A DNA stretch of 64,000 nt, from assembly GCA_043819555.1 (NCBI GenBank), contig JBDREQ010000020.1, positions 64,001 to 128,000 on the forward strand, written 5' to 3'. This document shows positions 11,483 through 22,106 of the stretch, in pieces (within the stretch, counting starts at the first letter, position 1; each line of letters begins with the position of its first letter). Below the pieces are notes generated by a model. It saw only the letters and a program-made list of their open reading frames with translations. It was not told the DNA's origin and ran no database searches. Position numbers and translations under genes: made by a program. The DNA comes from Candidatus Zixiibacteriota bacterium. Its GTDB lineage: Bacteria > Zixibacteria > MSB-5A5 > GN15 > JAAZOE01.

Positions 11483-13011
11483 AAAAAGAAATTATTGTCA
11501 ATTCCACCCAGTATGAAACCCGGGTCGCGCTTCTCGAAGATGATAAGTTAGTTGAGCTCCTTGTGAAAGGAGCCGACGAACATCGCTATGTCGGGAATAT
11601 TTTCAAGGGCCGGATCAAAACCGTCCTGCCGGGTATGCAGGCGGCCTTTGTTGATATCGGTATGGATAAGGCGGCTTTTTTGCATGCTTCGGATATCGGT
11701 AAAATTGGCGGAGGCTACTATGAATACGACGAAGACGAAGAAGCGCCCGCGGATATTGTCCGCAAAACAAGATTCGCCGGCATCGAGACGGTTGTCAAAG
11801 AAGATCAGGAAATACTTGTCCAGGTCATAAAAGAGCCGATTTCAACTAAGGGACCGCGCGTCTCATCCGAGATTTCCATTGCCGGGCGATACGTTGTTCT
11901 CGTCCCCGATGATCAAGGTGTCCGAGTTTCAAAGAAAATTTCCGATTGGGGAGAAAAGAAAAGGCTCCGTTCTATCGTCAGAGAATTGAGGCCGGAAGGA
12001 TTCGGATTTATTATCCGTACCGAAGCTGAAGGACGAACCGAATCGGATTTTAAATCCGATATCAAGCGGCTTTTGAAGTACTGGCAGCAGCTCAAAAAAC
12101 GGGCCGACCGGCTCGAACCTCCGGCGCTATTGCACCAGGAAATGAGCATGATAACCGGAATCATTCGTGATTTATACTCCGATGACGTTGAAGCGCTGGT
12201 GGTCGATAATCGCACCGTTTACCGTGAAGTTCTGTCTTTTGTCCGGGAAATAGCACCGGCCCTTAAAGGACGGGTAAAATTATATCGTGATAAAACTCCG
12301 GTTTTTGACCATTATAATATCGAGCCGGAAATCGAAAAAATGATTGACCGTAAGGTCTGGATTAAGAAAGGCGCGTATCTGATAATTGACCAGACCGAGG
12401 CAATGGTCACAATTGATGTAAATACCGGACGCTTTGTCGGCCGTAAAGATCAGGAATCAACGATACTGAGAACCAATCTCGACGCCGCCCGCGAAGTCGC
12501 GCGCCAAATCAGGCTGCGTGATATCGGCGGTTTGATTGTTATCGACTTTATCGATATGTATAGCCGTGAAAATCGGCGCAAACTTTATGATCATTATTGT
12601 CATCACCTAAGAAATGATCGGGCCAAACGAGCGGTTACTCCCGTTTCGGATTTTGGTTTGATTGAGATGACGCGCGAAAGAATAAGGCCGTCTTTGATGA
12701 CGGCTCTGTCTGACCCATGTCCGCACTGCAACGGATTGGGCCGCGTCTTATCAAGACAGACAATGTCGACCAAAATAGAAAGATGGTTCCTGAGAGCCAA
12801 GGTCGATAATACGCAGAAACGATTCAACCTGATCGTAAATCCCGAACTGGCCGATTTTATAACTGATGGCGAGACCAATCGCGTCGCCAAAATGGCCAAT
12901 CGCCATCGTTTCCATATCAATCTTGTCCGCGATACCACTATTTCGCTGCAGACTTTTATGGTTACTGATGCTACAACCGGTGAAGATTTGACCGCATCCA
13001 ACGCGGCTTAG
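11479..13011 (+). CDS. rng: Rne/Rng family ribonuclease (RNase G-sized)
   Basis: S1 domain (GNIFKGRIKTVLPGMQAAFVDIG), IDVNTG, RLRDIGGLIVIDFIDM, CPHCNG Zn-link; ATGA overlap with fmt. Confidence 0.93.
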   Translation: MKKEIIVNSTQYETRVALLEDDKLVELLVKGADEHRYVGNIFKGRIKTVLPGMQAAFVDIGMDKAAFLHASDIGKIGGGYYEYDEDEEAPADIVRKTRFAGIETVVKEDQEILVQVIKEPISTKGPRVSSEISIAGRYVVLVPDDQGVRVSKKISDWGEKKRLRSIVRELRPEGFGFIIRTEAEGRTESDFKSDIKRLLKYWQQLKKRADRLEPPALLHQEMSMITGIIRDLYSDDVEALVVDNRTVYREVLSFVREIAPALKGRVKLYRDKTPVFDHYNIEPEIEKMIDRKVWIKKGAYLIIDQTEAMVTIDVNTGRFVGRKDQESTILRTNLDAAREVARQIRLRDIGGLIVIDFIDMYSRENRRKLYDHYCHHLRNDRAKRAVTPVSDFGLIEMTRERIRPSLMTALSDPCPHCNGLGRVLSRQTMSTKIERWFLRAKVDNTQKRFNLIVNPELADFITDGETNRVAKMANRHRFHINLVRDTTISLQTFMVTDATTGEDLTASNAA

Positions 13012-13032
13012 ATTTAGTCATCATATAAACAT

Positions 13033-13063
13033 AAGGGAAGCCTTTTTCAGGCTTCCCTTTTTT
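13033..13063 (+). terminator. Intrinsic terminator after rng
   Basis: AAGGGAAGCCT-TTTTC-AGGCTTCCCTT followed by T run. Confidence 0.85.
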
Positions 13064-13154
13064 AACTAAATATTTCATTTCACACGTATAAAGTACAAAT
13101 CTGCGCATTTCCAAAACTTCTTGACTATAAATCACTTTCGATTAAATTCCCGTA

Positions 13155-14024
13155 ATGAGTACGCTGATTTATATCTTCCTCTGTATTGTCTGGGGCACTA
13201 CATGGCTGGCAATCAAGTTGGGGCTTCAGGAAATGCCACCTTTTTTCGGCGCATTTATTCGGATGTTATTGGCCGCCCTATTGCTCCTCGTTTACAATCA
13301 AATCACACATCAGGCGATTTCTGGCAATTGGCGTGAAAAATTAAAAATCGCCTGGCCCGGTTTGTTTATTGTTGGCATATCCTATGCCCTGGCCTATTTT
13401 GGAATGCAGTATGTTAATTCCGGTATGGCGGCGGTTTTGTTTGCCACGATTCCGCTCTTTGTTGTTATCATTTCACCGTTAATGAATAAATCCGACAGGA
13501 TAACTACCCAATCGATAATTGGCGTTTTTATTGGCTTCGGCGGCATTATAGTAATATTCAATGGCTCAATAGCGTTAAATGAACATTCAATCCTGGGGTC
13601 AATGTTATTTTTATCATCTTCCGCGATCGCCGGATTCTTCACTGTCTATCAAAAAGTTTATCTGACAAAGATTCCCATTGCGCCTATGCTTGCCTGGCAA
13701 TTTTCTTTTGGAGGATTGATTCTTTTGATTCTGTCAATGCTGACCGAACCGTGGTCCGGAATTAATATCGGTATGACCGGCGCGGGAAGTATATTATATT
13801 TAACTCTCTTTGGTTCAATCTTATGTTTCGCCGGTTATTACTGGCTTTTAAGGCGCTTCAGCGCATTGTCAATGTCAATGATCGCCTTTATTACGCCAAT
13901 TACGGCGCTGATTGCCGGATATTTAGTTTTGGATGAAAAGCTTGATTTGAATGATGGCCTGGGATCAATACTGGTGCTGGCCAGTATATTAATTGTCAAT
14001 CTCAAAAAGAAACTAAGGTTTTAA
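13155..14024 (+). CDS. EamA/DMT family transporter
   Basis: IVWGTTWLAIK, about 10 hydrophobic segments, LYLTLFGSI, ITPITALIAGYLVLDE. Confidence 0.92.
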   Translation: MSTLIYIFLCIVWGTTWLAIKLGLQEMPPFFGAFIRMLLAALLLLVYNQITHQAISGNWREKLKIAWPGLFIVGISYALAYFGMQYVNSGMAAVLFATIPLFVVIISPLMNKSDRITTQSIIGVFIGFGGIIVIFNGSIALNEHSILGSMLFLSSSAIAGFFTVYQKVYLTKIPIAPMLAWQFSFGGLILLILSMLTEPWSGINIGMTGAGSILYLTLFGSILCFAGYYWLLRRFSALSMSMIAFITPITALIAGYLVLDEKLDLNDGLGSILVLASILIVNLKKKLRF

Positions 14025-14957
14025 ACGGGGGAATCGTTCCTTTGACATTATTAACCCATCATTTCCGCCAATAAAAATTTTGTTTTCCGTGATGCAAACC
14101 GTTTTCAAATCCGTATCGATTCCGCAATGACTTATCGTAAAACGGTCACCGCTGTCATTAAAAAATAGTACCAGTCCGTCTTCACCAACGCCGACTCCGG
14201 AAAATTTATCAAATATCTCAACGGCGAAAAGACTCTTGGTTATTCCCAAATCGATCTCTTCCCAATTGCGTCCATGATCGAAAGTTCGGGCAAAAAATCC
14301 CTTGCTCCCGACTATAAATCCCCAGTCATCGATAAAATCAAAACCCCAGGCTAAACGACTGCCGCTATATTTTCCGGGAAAAAAATGAATTCCCTTACTT
14401 ATTGAGTGAAAAGCCGTTTTGGACGCCAGAAGATAGATTTTTTGGGGCGGCTGAACAACGAGATCAGTATAGCCGTTGCCAAGATGTTTCTTCTTTAGCC
14501 AGGTTTTTCCCGAGTCATAAGTCTGATAGGCAACCCCCACGGTTTTAGACATACTGTTTTGGTCAGTGCCACAGACAATTGTGCTGGTATCGTTGACCAT
14601 CCCTATCGCAACGAAATTAAATTTAATGTTTTGTGACATATCGACCCAGGTTGCGCCCCGATTGCCGGTCTTCATTATAAGTCCGCGGTCGCCGGTTAAG
14701 TACCCGACCTGCCCTCTCATATCAATATCGTTTATTGTGCGTTTGGAAATTTCCTTTACCTGCCAACTGTTTCCACCGTCCCAGGTGGATAGCAATTCAC
14801 CTGCGGAAGTCACCGCCCAGCCGTAATGGGGGCCATCAAAATATATTTTATTTATAGTCGCGGTTGTGGGGATATCAACTTTTTCAAAGTCGGCTCCGCC
14901 GGATATCCCATAAGCTAAGATTAAAAACAGCATTATCGGAAGTCGAATGATATTCAT
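14013..14957 (-). CDS. Secreted YCF48-like/BNR-repeat beta-propeller protein
   Basis: Signal peptide; repeated TxDGGxxW Asp-box motifs (TWDGGNSW, TGNRGATW, TYDSGKTW, TFDHGRNW). Confidence 0.8.
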   Translation of the reverse strand: MNIIRLPIMLFLILAYGISGGADFEKVDIPTTATINKIYFDGPHYGWAVTSAGELLSTWDGGNSWQVKEISKRTINDIDMRGQVGYLTGDRGLIMKTGNRGATWVDMSQNIKFNFVAIGMVNDTSTIVCGTDQNSMSKTVGVAYQTYDSGKTWLKKKHLGNGYTDLVVQPPQKIYLLASKTAFHSISKGIHFFPGKYSGSRLAWGFDFIDDWGFIVGSKGFFARTFDHGRNWEEIDLGITKSLFAVEIFDKFSGVGVGEDGLVLFFNDSGDRFTISHCGIDTDLKTVCITENKIFIGGNDGLIMSKERFPRLKP

Positions 14958-15202
14958 ACTTTCTCCATTTTAATCTTGTAAACATTTCGCCGGCTTATTA
15001 ACATTTCCTTAATGTAGTACATGTAAACGACTCTGTCAAATTATCCGACAGTTGCGGCGCCTTTTTATGGGCACATGTACTGGTTATACAAAAATTATCG
15101 GCCGTAAATCCCGTTTTTTTCGGCTCTCCTGTAATATCTTTGTAGAAATATCGGATATTGAACAGGGGATAGGCCGGGAATACAGAAATAAGGAATATCT
15201 AT

Positions 15203-15856
15203 TTGCTAAGCATAAAGGATGTATGCTTTTCATTTGGTCACCAGGAAATTTTTAATGGATTGACCTTTGAATTAAAGCGAGGGAATTATCTTGTAATTTC
15301 CGGTTCCGACCGGGCCGGAAAAACGACTTTGGTAAAGATGCTTACGGCCATGATTTTACCGGATTCAGGGGAGATTTTAATTGATGGCGAGTTTCTCGAT
15401 GAAATAGCCCGTTCCAAAACCAGGATCCGCAAACTGCGCCAGAAGATTGGAGGCGTTGGGGGAGTTTTTTCACTTCTCAATGATCGCACCATTCTTGAAA
15501 ATGTCTCGTTATCGGCTGAGATTTGCGGCATTCCTGCCCGTAAAGCCCGCAAATACGCCGTCGAAGCATGTTGCAAATTTCGCCTCAGCCATGTCATGTC
15601 CTATTATCCCGATGCTGTCTCAAAAGTGGAACAAAGGATGGCGCTTTTGGCCCGCGCTGCCGCCGCCCGAAAGGAATTGATAATTGCCGATGCCCCCACC
15701 GACGGTCTGGACGAAAGTGCGGCTGGTTTTATCAACGAACGATTGCAGGCGCTTAGACTTTCCGGGATATCGATTTTATATTTAACAACCGGCCCCGGCC
15801 CCCAAAGCGGCCCTGATGAATACTTGCATCTCAAGGCGGGGAGGGTCGATAAATGA
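15203..15856 (+). CDS. ftsE: FtsE-like ABC ATP-binding protein with degenerate catalytic motifs
   Basis: Walker A GSDRAGKTT and LRQKIG..LLNDRTILENV resemble FtsE; position upstream of ftsX/envC; Q-loop, signature, Walker B Glu and H-loop altered. Confidence 0.75.
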   Translation: MLSIKDVCFSFGHQEIFNGLTFELKRGNYLVISGSDRAGKTTLVKMLTAMILPDSGEILIDGEFLDEIARSKTRIRKLRQKIGGVGGVFSLLNDRTILENVSLSAEICGIPARKARKYAVEACCKFRLSHVMSYYPDAVSKVEQRMALLARAAAARKELIIADAPTDGLDESAAGFINERLQALRLSGISILYLTTGPGPQSGPDEYLHLKAGRVDK

Positions 15857-16707
15857 ATGCCGCAAAGCAACTCGTATGGCAGATTTATAAACACGCTGGA
15901 CGAGAAAAAAGACTGTCACTGGGTTCATTTTTGGTCATCCTGATAGTCTTAATGATGGTCGATTTTTTTTGGATCGCTACGATCAATATAAACAGCCATT
16001 ATGATTCCCTGATAAGAACAGTTAAAATGGAAGTTTTTGTCGCCGATGACTATCCCGACAGTCTGCTTTCGATGCTTGAGATTACATTTTATGAATTGGC
16101 AGATATTGCCGCCACAGAATATATTTCCAGGGAAGATGCCGCCCGCATCCTTGAAACCGATTTGGGACCGGAATTTATGGGGGGACTAGACGAAAATCCT
16201 CTTCCGCGATCAATAATCATTAATTTTAAGGAAGGAAAAACGCTAAATGAGTTGGATGAAATAGCGGCCGCAATAAATCGTTTGGAAAGCGTGCAGGCGG
16301 TCGATTTTGGGCGCACCTGGATTGAGAAGGTCGAAAACTTTGGACGCAATCTCAGTCGAATCGGTTATTTCATCGGAGGACTAATCTTAATCGTAGTATT
16401 GCTGACGATGGCAAACACAAACCGTCTGACTGCCCGAACCAAATCGAGTGAGTTTTTACAACTAAGGTTATTGGGGGCCGGACCATCATATCTCCTGTAT
16501 CCATTTTTAGCCGAGGGATTCTTTTCGGCCTTAATCGCCGCGATAATGGGATGGTTGGTTATAATCTACTTATCACAGCAGATTACTTTTGAGGAATTTG
16601 ATTTAATCTTTCCTAATTTTGAACAACTCGCGATCTATTGTCTTGCGGCTGCAGTGACCGGGATGATAGGAGCTTATCTGGGTATTCGCAGGTTTTTACT
16701 GTTATGA
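15853..16707 (+). CDS. ftsX: Cell division permease-like protein FtsX
   Basis: 4 TM plus periplasmic domain with YISREDA and ENPLPRSI, LRLLGA..YL.YPFLAEG; ATGA overlap with ftsE. Confidence 0.88.
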   Translation: MNAAKQLVWQIYKHAGREKRLSLGSFLVILIVLMMVDFFWIATININSHYDSLIRTVKMEVFVADDYPDSLLSMLEITFYELADIAATEYISREDAARILETDLGPEFMGGLDENPLPRSIIINFKEGKTLNELDEIAAAINRLESVQAVDFGRTWIEKVENFGRNLSRIGYFIGGLILIVVLLTMANTNRLTARTKSSEFLQLRLLGAGPSYLLYPFLAEGFFSALIAAIMGWLVIIYLSQQITFEEFDLIFPNFEQLAIYCLAAAVTGMIGAYLGIRRFLLL

Positions 16708-17879
16708 TGAAAACTGCTCTTTATAAGGTAGTTATCTTTACTCTCTTGGGCATCACCTCAGCATTCGCCGATGATGATAATTCTAAAATTCATGATAACA
16801 GAAAGGAACTCGACGAATTAAAACAGCAAATATCCAGAACCAGGAACAAAATTGACAGCCTGCAAAATATTGAATCGAGCATTTCCAAATCCATCTCATC
16901 CTATGGAGATAATGTCAGCCGCAACAAAACTCTGGTTGATAAATTGGGTCAGAATCTTAGAAAAGTACGCGGAGAATTATCAAAAAACAAGCAGGACATG
17001 ATCTTAACCGAGGATCGATTAAATCGCATTAAAGAGGGATATATTGAACTCCTGAAAGACTATTATATCCATCGACGAAGCGGGACCGAAGATGTCGGTT
17101 GGGATTTTGATATCCTACTGTCAAAAAACCGCCTTTCGAAGTATCTGGCCTCAATTTCAAACGCATCGACTTATAAAATCACAATGGCCGATGATTCCGT
17201 TAGGCGCCTGACCACTCAGGTCGATAGTTTATCCCGCCAAGATTCACAAATAAATCGAATGCGGGAAGAAAAAAAATCAAAGATAAATTTGGATCTGGCC
17301 CTGAAGGAAAAGGAAGAAAAAAGCCTCAATATTGTACGCCGACAAACCAATATGATGCGCGACCGTTTCGAGTCCCTCTCCGAGATGGCTCAACAAATGG
17401 AGGAGATTATCGCTCAGCTCGAAAGGGAACATGAGAGAAAACGGCAGGAGGGCAAAACGATTCCCAGATTTGCATCCGGTTCATTTGCGACCTTGAAAGG
17501 ACTTATCAGCCCGCCCGTTAAGGGCCGTATTGTCTCAACCTTTGGATGGAAAGTCAACAAGACTACTAATCTGAAATCATTTTCGCCCGGAATTGACATC
17601 GCTCCCAAGCAGGGGCATAAAGAAATTCATGTTGGGGCGCCGGGGCGAGTCGCCTATGTTGGAAACCTCCGAGGCTATAGCAATTTTGTGATTGTTGAGC
17701 ATGACGACGGCTATTATACTACTTATGCCGGCATGGTTTCAGTCAATGTCGAAACCGATGATATTATTTTGAACGGCGATAAGCTGGGCGTATGCGGAAG
17801 TAATAACATTCATTTTGAACTACGTCGGGAACGAGAACATCTCGACCCCGTAATCTGGTTGAATCTCGATGAATTTTAG
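16704..17879 (+). CDS. envC: Murein hydrolase activator EnvC (coiled coil + degenerate M23/LytM domain)
   Basis: Start reassigned to ATG 16704 overlapping ftsX stop; signal peptide, long coiled coil, PVKGRIVSTFG..SPGIDI..TTYAG..IHFELR lacking Zn-binding His residues. Confidence 0.8.
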   Translation: MMKTALYKVVIFTLLGITSAFADDDNSKIHDNRKELDELKQQISRTRNKIDSLQNIESSISKSISSYGDNVSRNKTLVDKLGQNLRKVRGELSKNKQDMILTEDRLNRIKEGYIELLKDYYIHRRSGTEDVGWDFDILLSKNRLSKYLASISNASTYKITMADDSVRRLTTQVDSLSRQDSQINRMREEKKSKINLDLALKEKEEKSLNIVRRQTNMMRDRFESLSEMAQQMEEIIAQLEREHERKRQEGKTIPRFASGSFATLKGLISPPVKGRIVSTFGWKVNKTTNLKSFSPGIDIAPKQGHKEIHVGAPGRVAYVGNLRGYSNFVIVEHDDGYYTTYAGMVSVNVETDDIILNGDKLGVCGSNNIHFELRREREHLDPVIWLNLDEF

Positions 17880-18969
17880 CATGTTACAGGGACAGGAAAA
17901 AGTCCGCGACATACTTATAAAAACCGCCAACAACGGTCAATTGCCCAATAGTTATCTATTCTCGGGTCCCGAAGGAGTTGGCAAATGGGCTGCCGCACTG
18001 AGCCTGACAGCTTACCTCAATTGCAATAATCCAGCCTCGGATGATAGCTGCGGTACGTGCCCCTCCTGCAAACAAATTTCAAAATTACAACATCCCAATT
18101 TATTTATTGCTATTCCGACACCGCCCTCAAAAACAGAAAAAGAAGAACTGGACAATTACTGGGAAATCCTGGGGAATAAAATCGCGGAACCATATTCATT
18201 AATCACGGGCCAGAGGCAGATGTCAATCCCAGTGACAACGGTTCGCCAAATTAAAAAGAAACTGAATCAAAAAGCCGATTTGAGCGGCAAACGGGTGATT
18301 ATAATTGATCAAATGGATCGTATGCTAACCTCTTCCGCCGATGCTCTCTTAAAACTTGTGGAAGAACCTCCGCGCGATACCTTGATTATTATTACCAGTT
18401 CAAATCCTGAGAAACTCCTCGATACTATTGTATCGCGATGCAGAGTGATTTCGTTTCCCCGATTATCTGAAGATGTTATTTCCTCTTATCTTATTGAAAA
18501 GGAAATTGCCGTCGATAAAAAGGCATATCTTCTCGCAAGGTTATCGCAGGGTTCTATCGGTCGCGCCCTGTATCTTTCAGAAGACGATATTACTCAGGAC
18601 AGGGAAATCGCCAAGCTAATTTTCAAAGGGATATTTCTTGGCCCGGCGATTAACGTGATCACCGAAGCGGGAGATTTACTCCCGTACCGGGATCGATTTC
18701 GCATTACACGAATTCTCGGTTTTTGGCAATCGTTATACAGGGATTTAATCCTGATTAAAAACGGATATGATAAAGAAAAACTAATCAATATCGATTATGC
18801 CGCCGAACTCGAACGCCTCGCGGCCAGGAATATAGCCGGTGAACCTTTACTAAAAATCCCATCTTATCTGGGCGAAGTTATACATGATATCGAACTCAAT
18901 GTTGATACCCAAACCGCGATCGCGGCTCTATTGATTGAAATTCAAAACCGATTGAATTTGCAGATTTAA
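17869..18969 (+). CDS. holB: DNA polymerase III subunit delta'
   Basis: SYLFSGPEGVGK, CNN...CGTCPSC Zn module, ALLKLVEEPP, TIVSRC. Confidence 0.9.
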   Translation: MNFSMLQGQEKVRDILIKTANNGQLPNSYLFSGPEGVGKWAAALSLTAYLNCNNPASDDSCGTCPSCKQISKLQHPNLFIAIPTPPSKTEKEELDNYWEILGNKIAEPYSLITGQRQMSIPVTTVRQIKKKLNQKADLSGKRVIIIDQMDRMLTSSADALLKLVEEPPRDTLIIITSSNPEKLLDTIVSRCRVISFPRLSEDVISSYLIEKEIAVDKKAYLLARLSQGSIGRALYLSEDDITQDREIAKLIFKGIFLGPAINVITEAGDLLPYRDRFRITRILGFWQSLYRDLILIKNGYDKEKLINIDYAAELERLAARNIAGEPLLKIPSYLGEVIHDIELNVDTQTAIAALLIEIQNRLNLQI

Positions 18970-18979
18970 TAAAATCATC

Positions 18980-19009
18980 AAAAAAACCCGCCGCTGAGAG
19001 CGGGTCTTT
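18980..19009. terminator. Probable bidirectional terminator between holB and DUF2723 gene
   Basis: A-run, ACCCGC...GCGGGT stem, then CTTT, between convergent genes. Confidence 0.65.
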
Positions 19010-19015
19010 CGAAGA

Positions 19016-21949
19016 TTATTCACTACCAGTGTCAGGAGGTACGATTTGAACCGGAGGCGCAGTTGGAGTGGTCTGAGGCGGAGGGGCAAGTCGCTGCTGC
19101 TGCATCATGGACTGAACTCTTCGTAAGATATCATTTGCGACGGCATCATCATCATGATATTGTTTGTATTCCCTGGCTAATCTGACTAAATCACCGGTAC
19201 GCTCTTGTTCGAAATAAAGAGTAAGTAAAGCGCGGAAAGTCTGTTCTTTGTCACGGTTCATTTCCCAGGCGGTATTCAGATATTCCTCTGGTTTATCATT
19301 CTCTCCTAAAGTTAGATACATCATCCCCAAGTATTGATAGAAGAAAACATTGTCCGGATTCATATTAAGAAATCCATGCAAATACTGTTTCATTTCTATT
19401 TCAATTTCCATAGCCCGTAGAGTATCGCCTTTTTCTCGAGCACGTTGAGCTTGAGTCATGCGCGAACGCCAATAAGAAGGAATCGCTTCACATATTTTTT
19501 CCAGTACTGAGTCGGCTTTTTCAATCTTGCCTTTTTCCATAAGATATGAATGATAATCGAGCATTTTTTCCGGGAAAGCCAATGAAATACCGGATGTGTT
19601 TTCGCTCTGAGCAATTAATGTATCGCTGAGATTGTCATACTTATAGACTTCAAAAAACAGGCTGTCGGTAATATCTTCCCGATAAGCCAGATTGGTTTCA
19701 TCGGCTGATAATGTCAAAATGATGCCGTCGCGGTATAATCTATCCATCAACTTCAGCGGTGTATTTCTGACTTCACCCGCCGCGGAAGTAAAGTGAATCG
19801 GATATTTCCAGCGATTAGTCAGAATAATATCTTCAAGCATTATTTGCGCGACCTTAAGAGTACTTTCTTCATAATATGTCGGCACTAATAGCGCGCTCCG
19901 TTTCCGCACCCGGTCATAAAACGGCTTTTTAGGCCGTGTTATTTCCTGGCCATTGGGAGCGATATCTACTTCCCAAAGAATCTGGTCGTCTTTTAATGAA
20001 ATCGGAACATCGGGAAGGATTCCGATATCAACCGGTTCAACTTCCTGGCCTTCAAGCATAATCTTTCCGTCTTTCCAGGGGATGGCGGCCGGGTCATAGC
20101 CGGCATTTATGGCCGAATGAGTATCAAGATGTTTCATCTGCCAGATATACCAGTCAGTATTAAGAAGCGAGAAATTTATAACCCTGACGTCTTTGCGAAT
20201 ACCGTAAATTTCCTGAATGCACCAGACAGGAAAAGTATCATTATCGCCGGAAGTAAACAAAATGGCGTTTTTCTCACATGAGTTCAAAATATTCCAGGCA
20301 TAATTATAAGCCATCCGATTTTTGGATCTGTCATTGTAAAAAAAGCTCGCCTGGGCCGGTATAATTGGCGTTAAAACCAAAACTAATGAGGCATAAACAG
20401 CCATCTTGCTCGTTCTCTCGCTCATTTCGGCAGTTGCTTTTCTAATCAACTCCATAATTCCGGCCATACCCAGCCCAATCGCAATGCCAAACAGAACAAA
20501 CGCCGGAGTAAAGAAATAATATCTGTCGCGAACCTCCTGATATGCGTCACCGGTGTATTTATTATAATGCGTCCCGTCGGCAAAATTCATGTACAAGACT
20601 AACCCCACCGAACCAACCAGTATAAGGGTGATAAAAATATACCCCCACTTAGGATATTTATAGGCCATCATTCCCAGGCCAAATATCCCAATCGCGAGAA
20701 ACACCGGAAATAATTTTTCATTGGAATATTGCTCTTTGAAAAAACGCAGAAAACCCATCCGGGCGTGATCCCCAAACTGATTAGCCATTTCTCCCCGACG
20801 TACAAACATTCTTTCAGTCATAGAAGTGGAGCCGTACTGCTTGCGGTCGAGGAAATTAACGAACGTCCGAAAATCTCGGGAAGGGGTGTTTTCATCAATA
20901 ATCGGGTGCGTATTCGAACGGATTGGTATATAAACATGAACCGAATAACCGATAATCGCGCATAATATTATTAAGAACGACAAACGCCACAATTTGTCTC
21001 TTTTAACGAACCAGATGACAAAACTGATAATGAACCAGCCCAGAACCGAGAACATAAACGGATAAAAACCCATCATAATTGGCGAAATAGCCCCAAAAGC
21101 CAGGAAAATCGGCCAATTAACTTTATGCCTCATATATATCGCCAAACCGACAAATTGAAGCCCCGCTAAAACCAAAAATATTTTATATCTTGATGCCCCA
21201 ATGCTTTCATTGAGAGTAGGGATTGATTTGTCGGCCAATAAAATAATCAGAATCAACTGAATGATAAAAAATCCGGAAATTAGAGCCCAGTCGATTTTTG
21301 TCGCCGTTCTTTTGAGGCCAAACATAATCGTCACAATCGGAACAATCAAAAATACCGTCAGGTGAATCCCCAAAGAAATGGTCGCCAGAAAAGCTGTCAA
21401 AAGAATAATCCTCTGCCCGGTATTATTAAAACGATGGTTATACCATTTAAGACTCAGCCATAACATAGCCAGCATTATAAGTATTGCCATGCTGCGCGGT
21501 TCGGTTTCCACCGAATTGGTCCAGTTTGCTCGGCTAAACGCTACAAACAGTGAACCGATAAAACCCGAAGCATATGCAATAATTCGCCCGATTTTATAAT
21601 TGTCGGAATTGATATACCAGCTCGAAACCAGGCGAACTATAATCAGGTAAGCGAATAGAGCCGAAAAAGTCGAGGACATGACCGACATCATATTAATTCG
21701 GAAGGCTACGTCCGAAGCAATGGGCAACAGGTCAAAAAATCGCCCCACCAGCATAAACAGGGGCGTGCCCGGCGGATGCGGATTGCCCATAATATGCGAA
21801 CTGGCGATAAATTCACCGCAATCCCAATAACTCAAAGTTTGTGCCACTGTCAAACGATAGATTATAAATGCAATGATTGTGGCAATCACCCCAATTACGG
21901 CGTTGATTTTATCGAATTTTTTCTCCTGACCAAACAACGATGGCTCCAC
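19016..21949 (-). CDS. DUF2723 (TMEM260/GT117-like) membrane glycosyltransferase with TPR-like C-terminus
   Basis: SYWDCGEFI, PHPPGTPLF, many TMs, EVRDRYYFF, FTSGDNDTFPVW, LLNTDWY; GTG start after GGAGG. Confidence 0.85.
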   Translation of the reverse strand: MEPSLFGQEKKFDKINAVIGVIATIIAFIIYRLTVAQTLSYWDCGEFIASSHIMGNPHPPGTPLFMLVGRFFDLLPIASDVAFRINMMSVMSSTFSALFAYLIIVRLVSSWYINSDNYKIGRIIAYASGFIGSLFVAFSRANWTNSVETEPRSMAILIMLAMLWLSLKWYNHRFNNTGQRIILLTAFLATISLGIHLTVFLIVPIVTIMFGLKRTATKIDWALISGFFIIQLILIILLADKSIPTLNESIGASRYKIFLVLAGLQFVGLAIYMRHKVNWPIFLAFGAISPIMMGFYPFMFSVLGWFIISFVIWFVKRDKLWRLSFLIILCAIIGYSVHVYIPIRSNTHPIIDENTPSRDFRTFVNFLDRKQYGSTSMTERMFVRRGEMANQFGDHARMGFLRFFKEQYSNEKLFPVFLAIGIFGLGMMAYKYPKWGYIFITLILVGSVGLVLYMNFADGTHYNKYTGDAYQEVRDRYYFFTPAFVLFGIAIGLGMAGIMELIRKATAEMSERTSKMAVYASLVLVLTPIIPAQASFFYNDRSKNRMAYNYAWNILNSCEKNAILFTSGDNDTFPVWCIQEIYGIRKDVRVINFSLLNTDWYIWQMKHLDTHSAINAGYDPAAIPWKDGKIMLEGQEVEPVDIGILPDVPISLKDDQILWEVDIAPNGQEITRPKKPFYDRVRKRSALLVPTYYEESTLKVAQIMLEDIILTNRWKYPIHFTSAAGEVRNTPLKLMDRLYRDGIILTLSADETNLAYREDITDSLFFEVYKYDNLSDTLIAQSENTSGISLAFPEKMLDYHSYLMEKGKIEKADSVLEKICEAIPSYWRSRMTQAQRAREKGDTLRAMEIEIEMKQYLHGFLNMNPDNVFFYQYLGMMYLTLGENDKPEEYLNTAWEMNRDKEQTFRALLTLYFEQERTGDLVRLAREYKQYHDDDAVANDILRRVQSMMQQQRLAPPPQTTPTAPPVQIVPPDTGSE

Positions 21950-22106
21950 TCTGGCCTCCTAAAGATAATTTTCAAACCCGTCGATAATAATTATACAGAT
22001 AAAGCCGGCGATTTCTTCACCAGCAAGACCACAATATACGATTTCGCCGGTTAGACACAAGGAAATTTAGGTTAGATGTAATTTAAATAATTTTGCGATT
22101 TGGAGG

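Noticed and set aside
16704..17879. Missing Zn ligands in the M23 domain as a novelty or pseudogene
   Set aside because: Degenerate LytM is the expected state for EnvC
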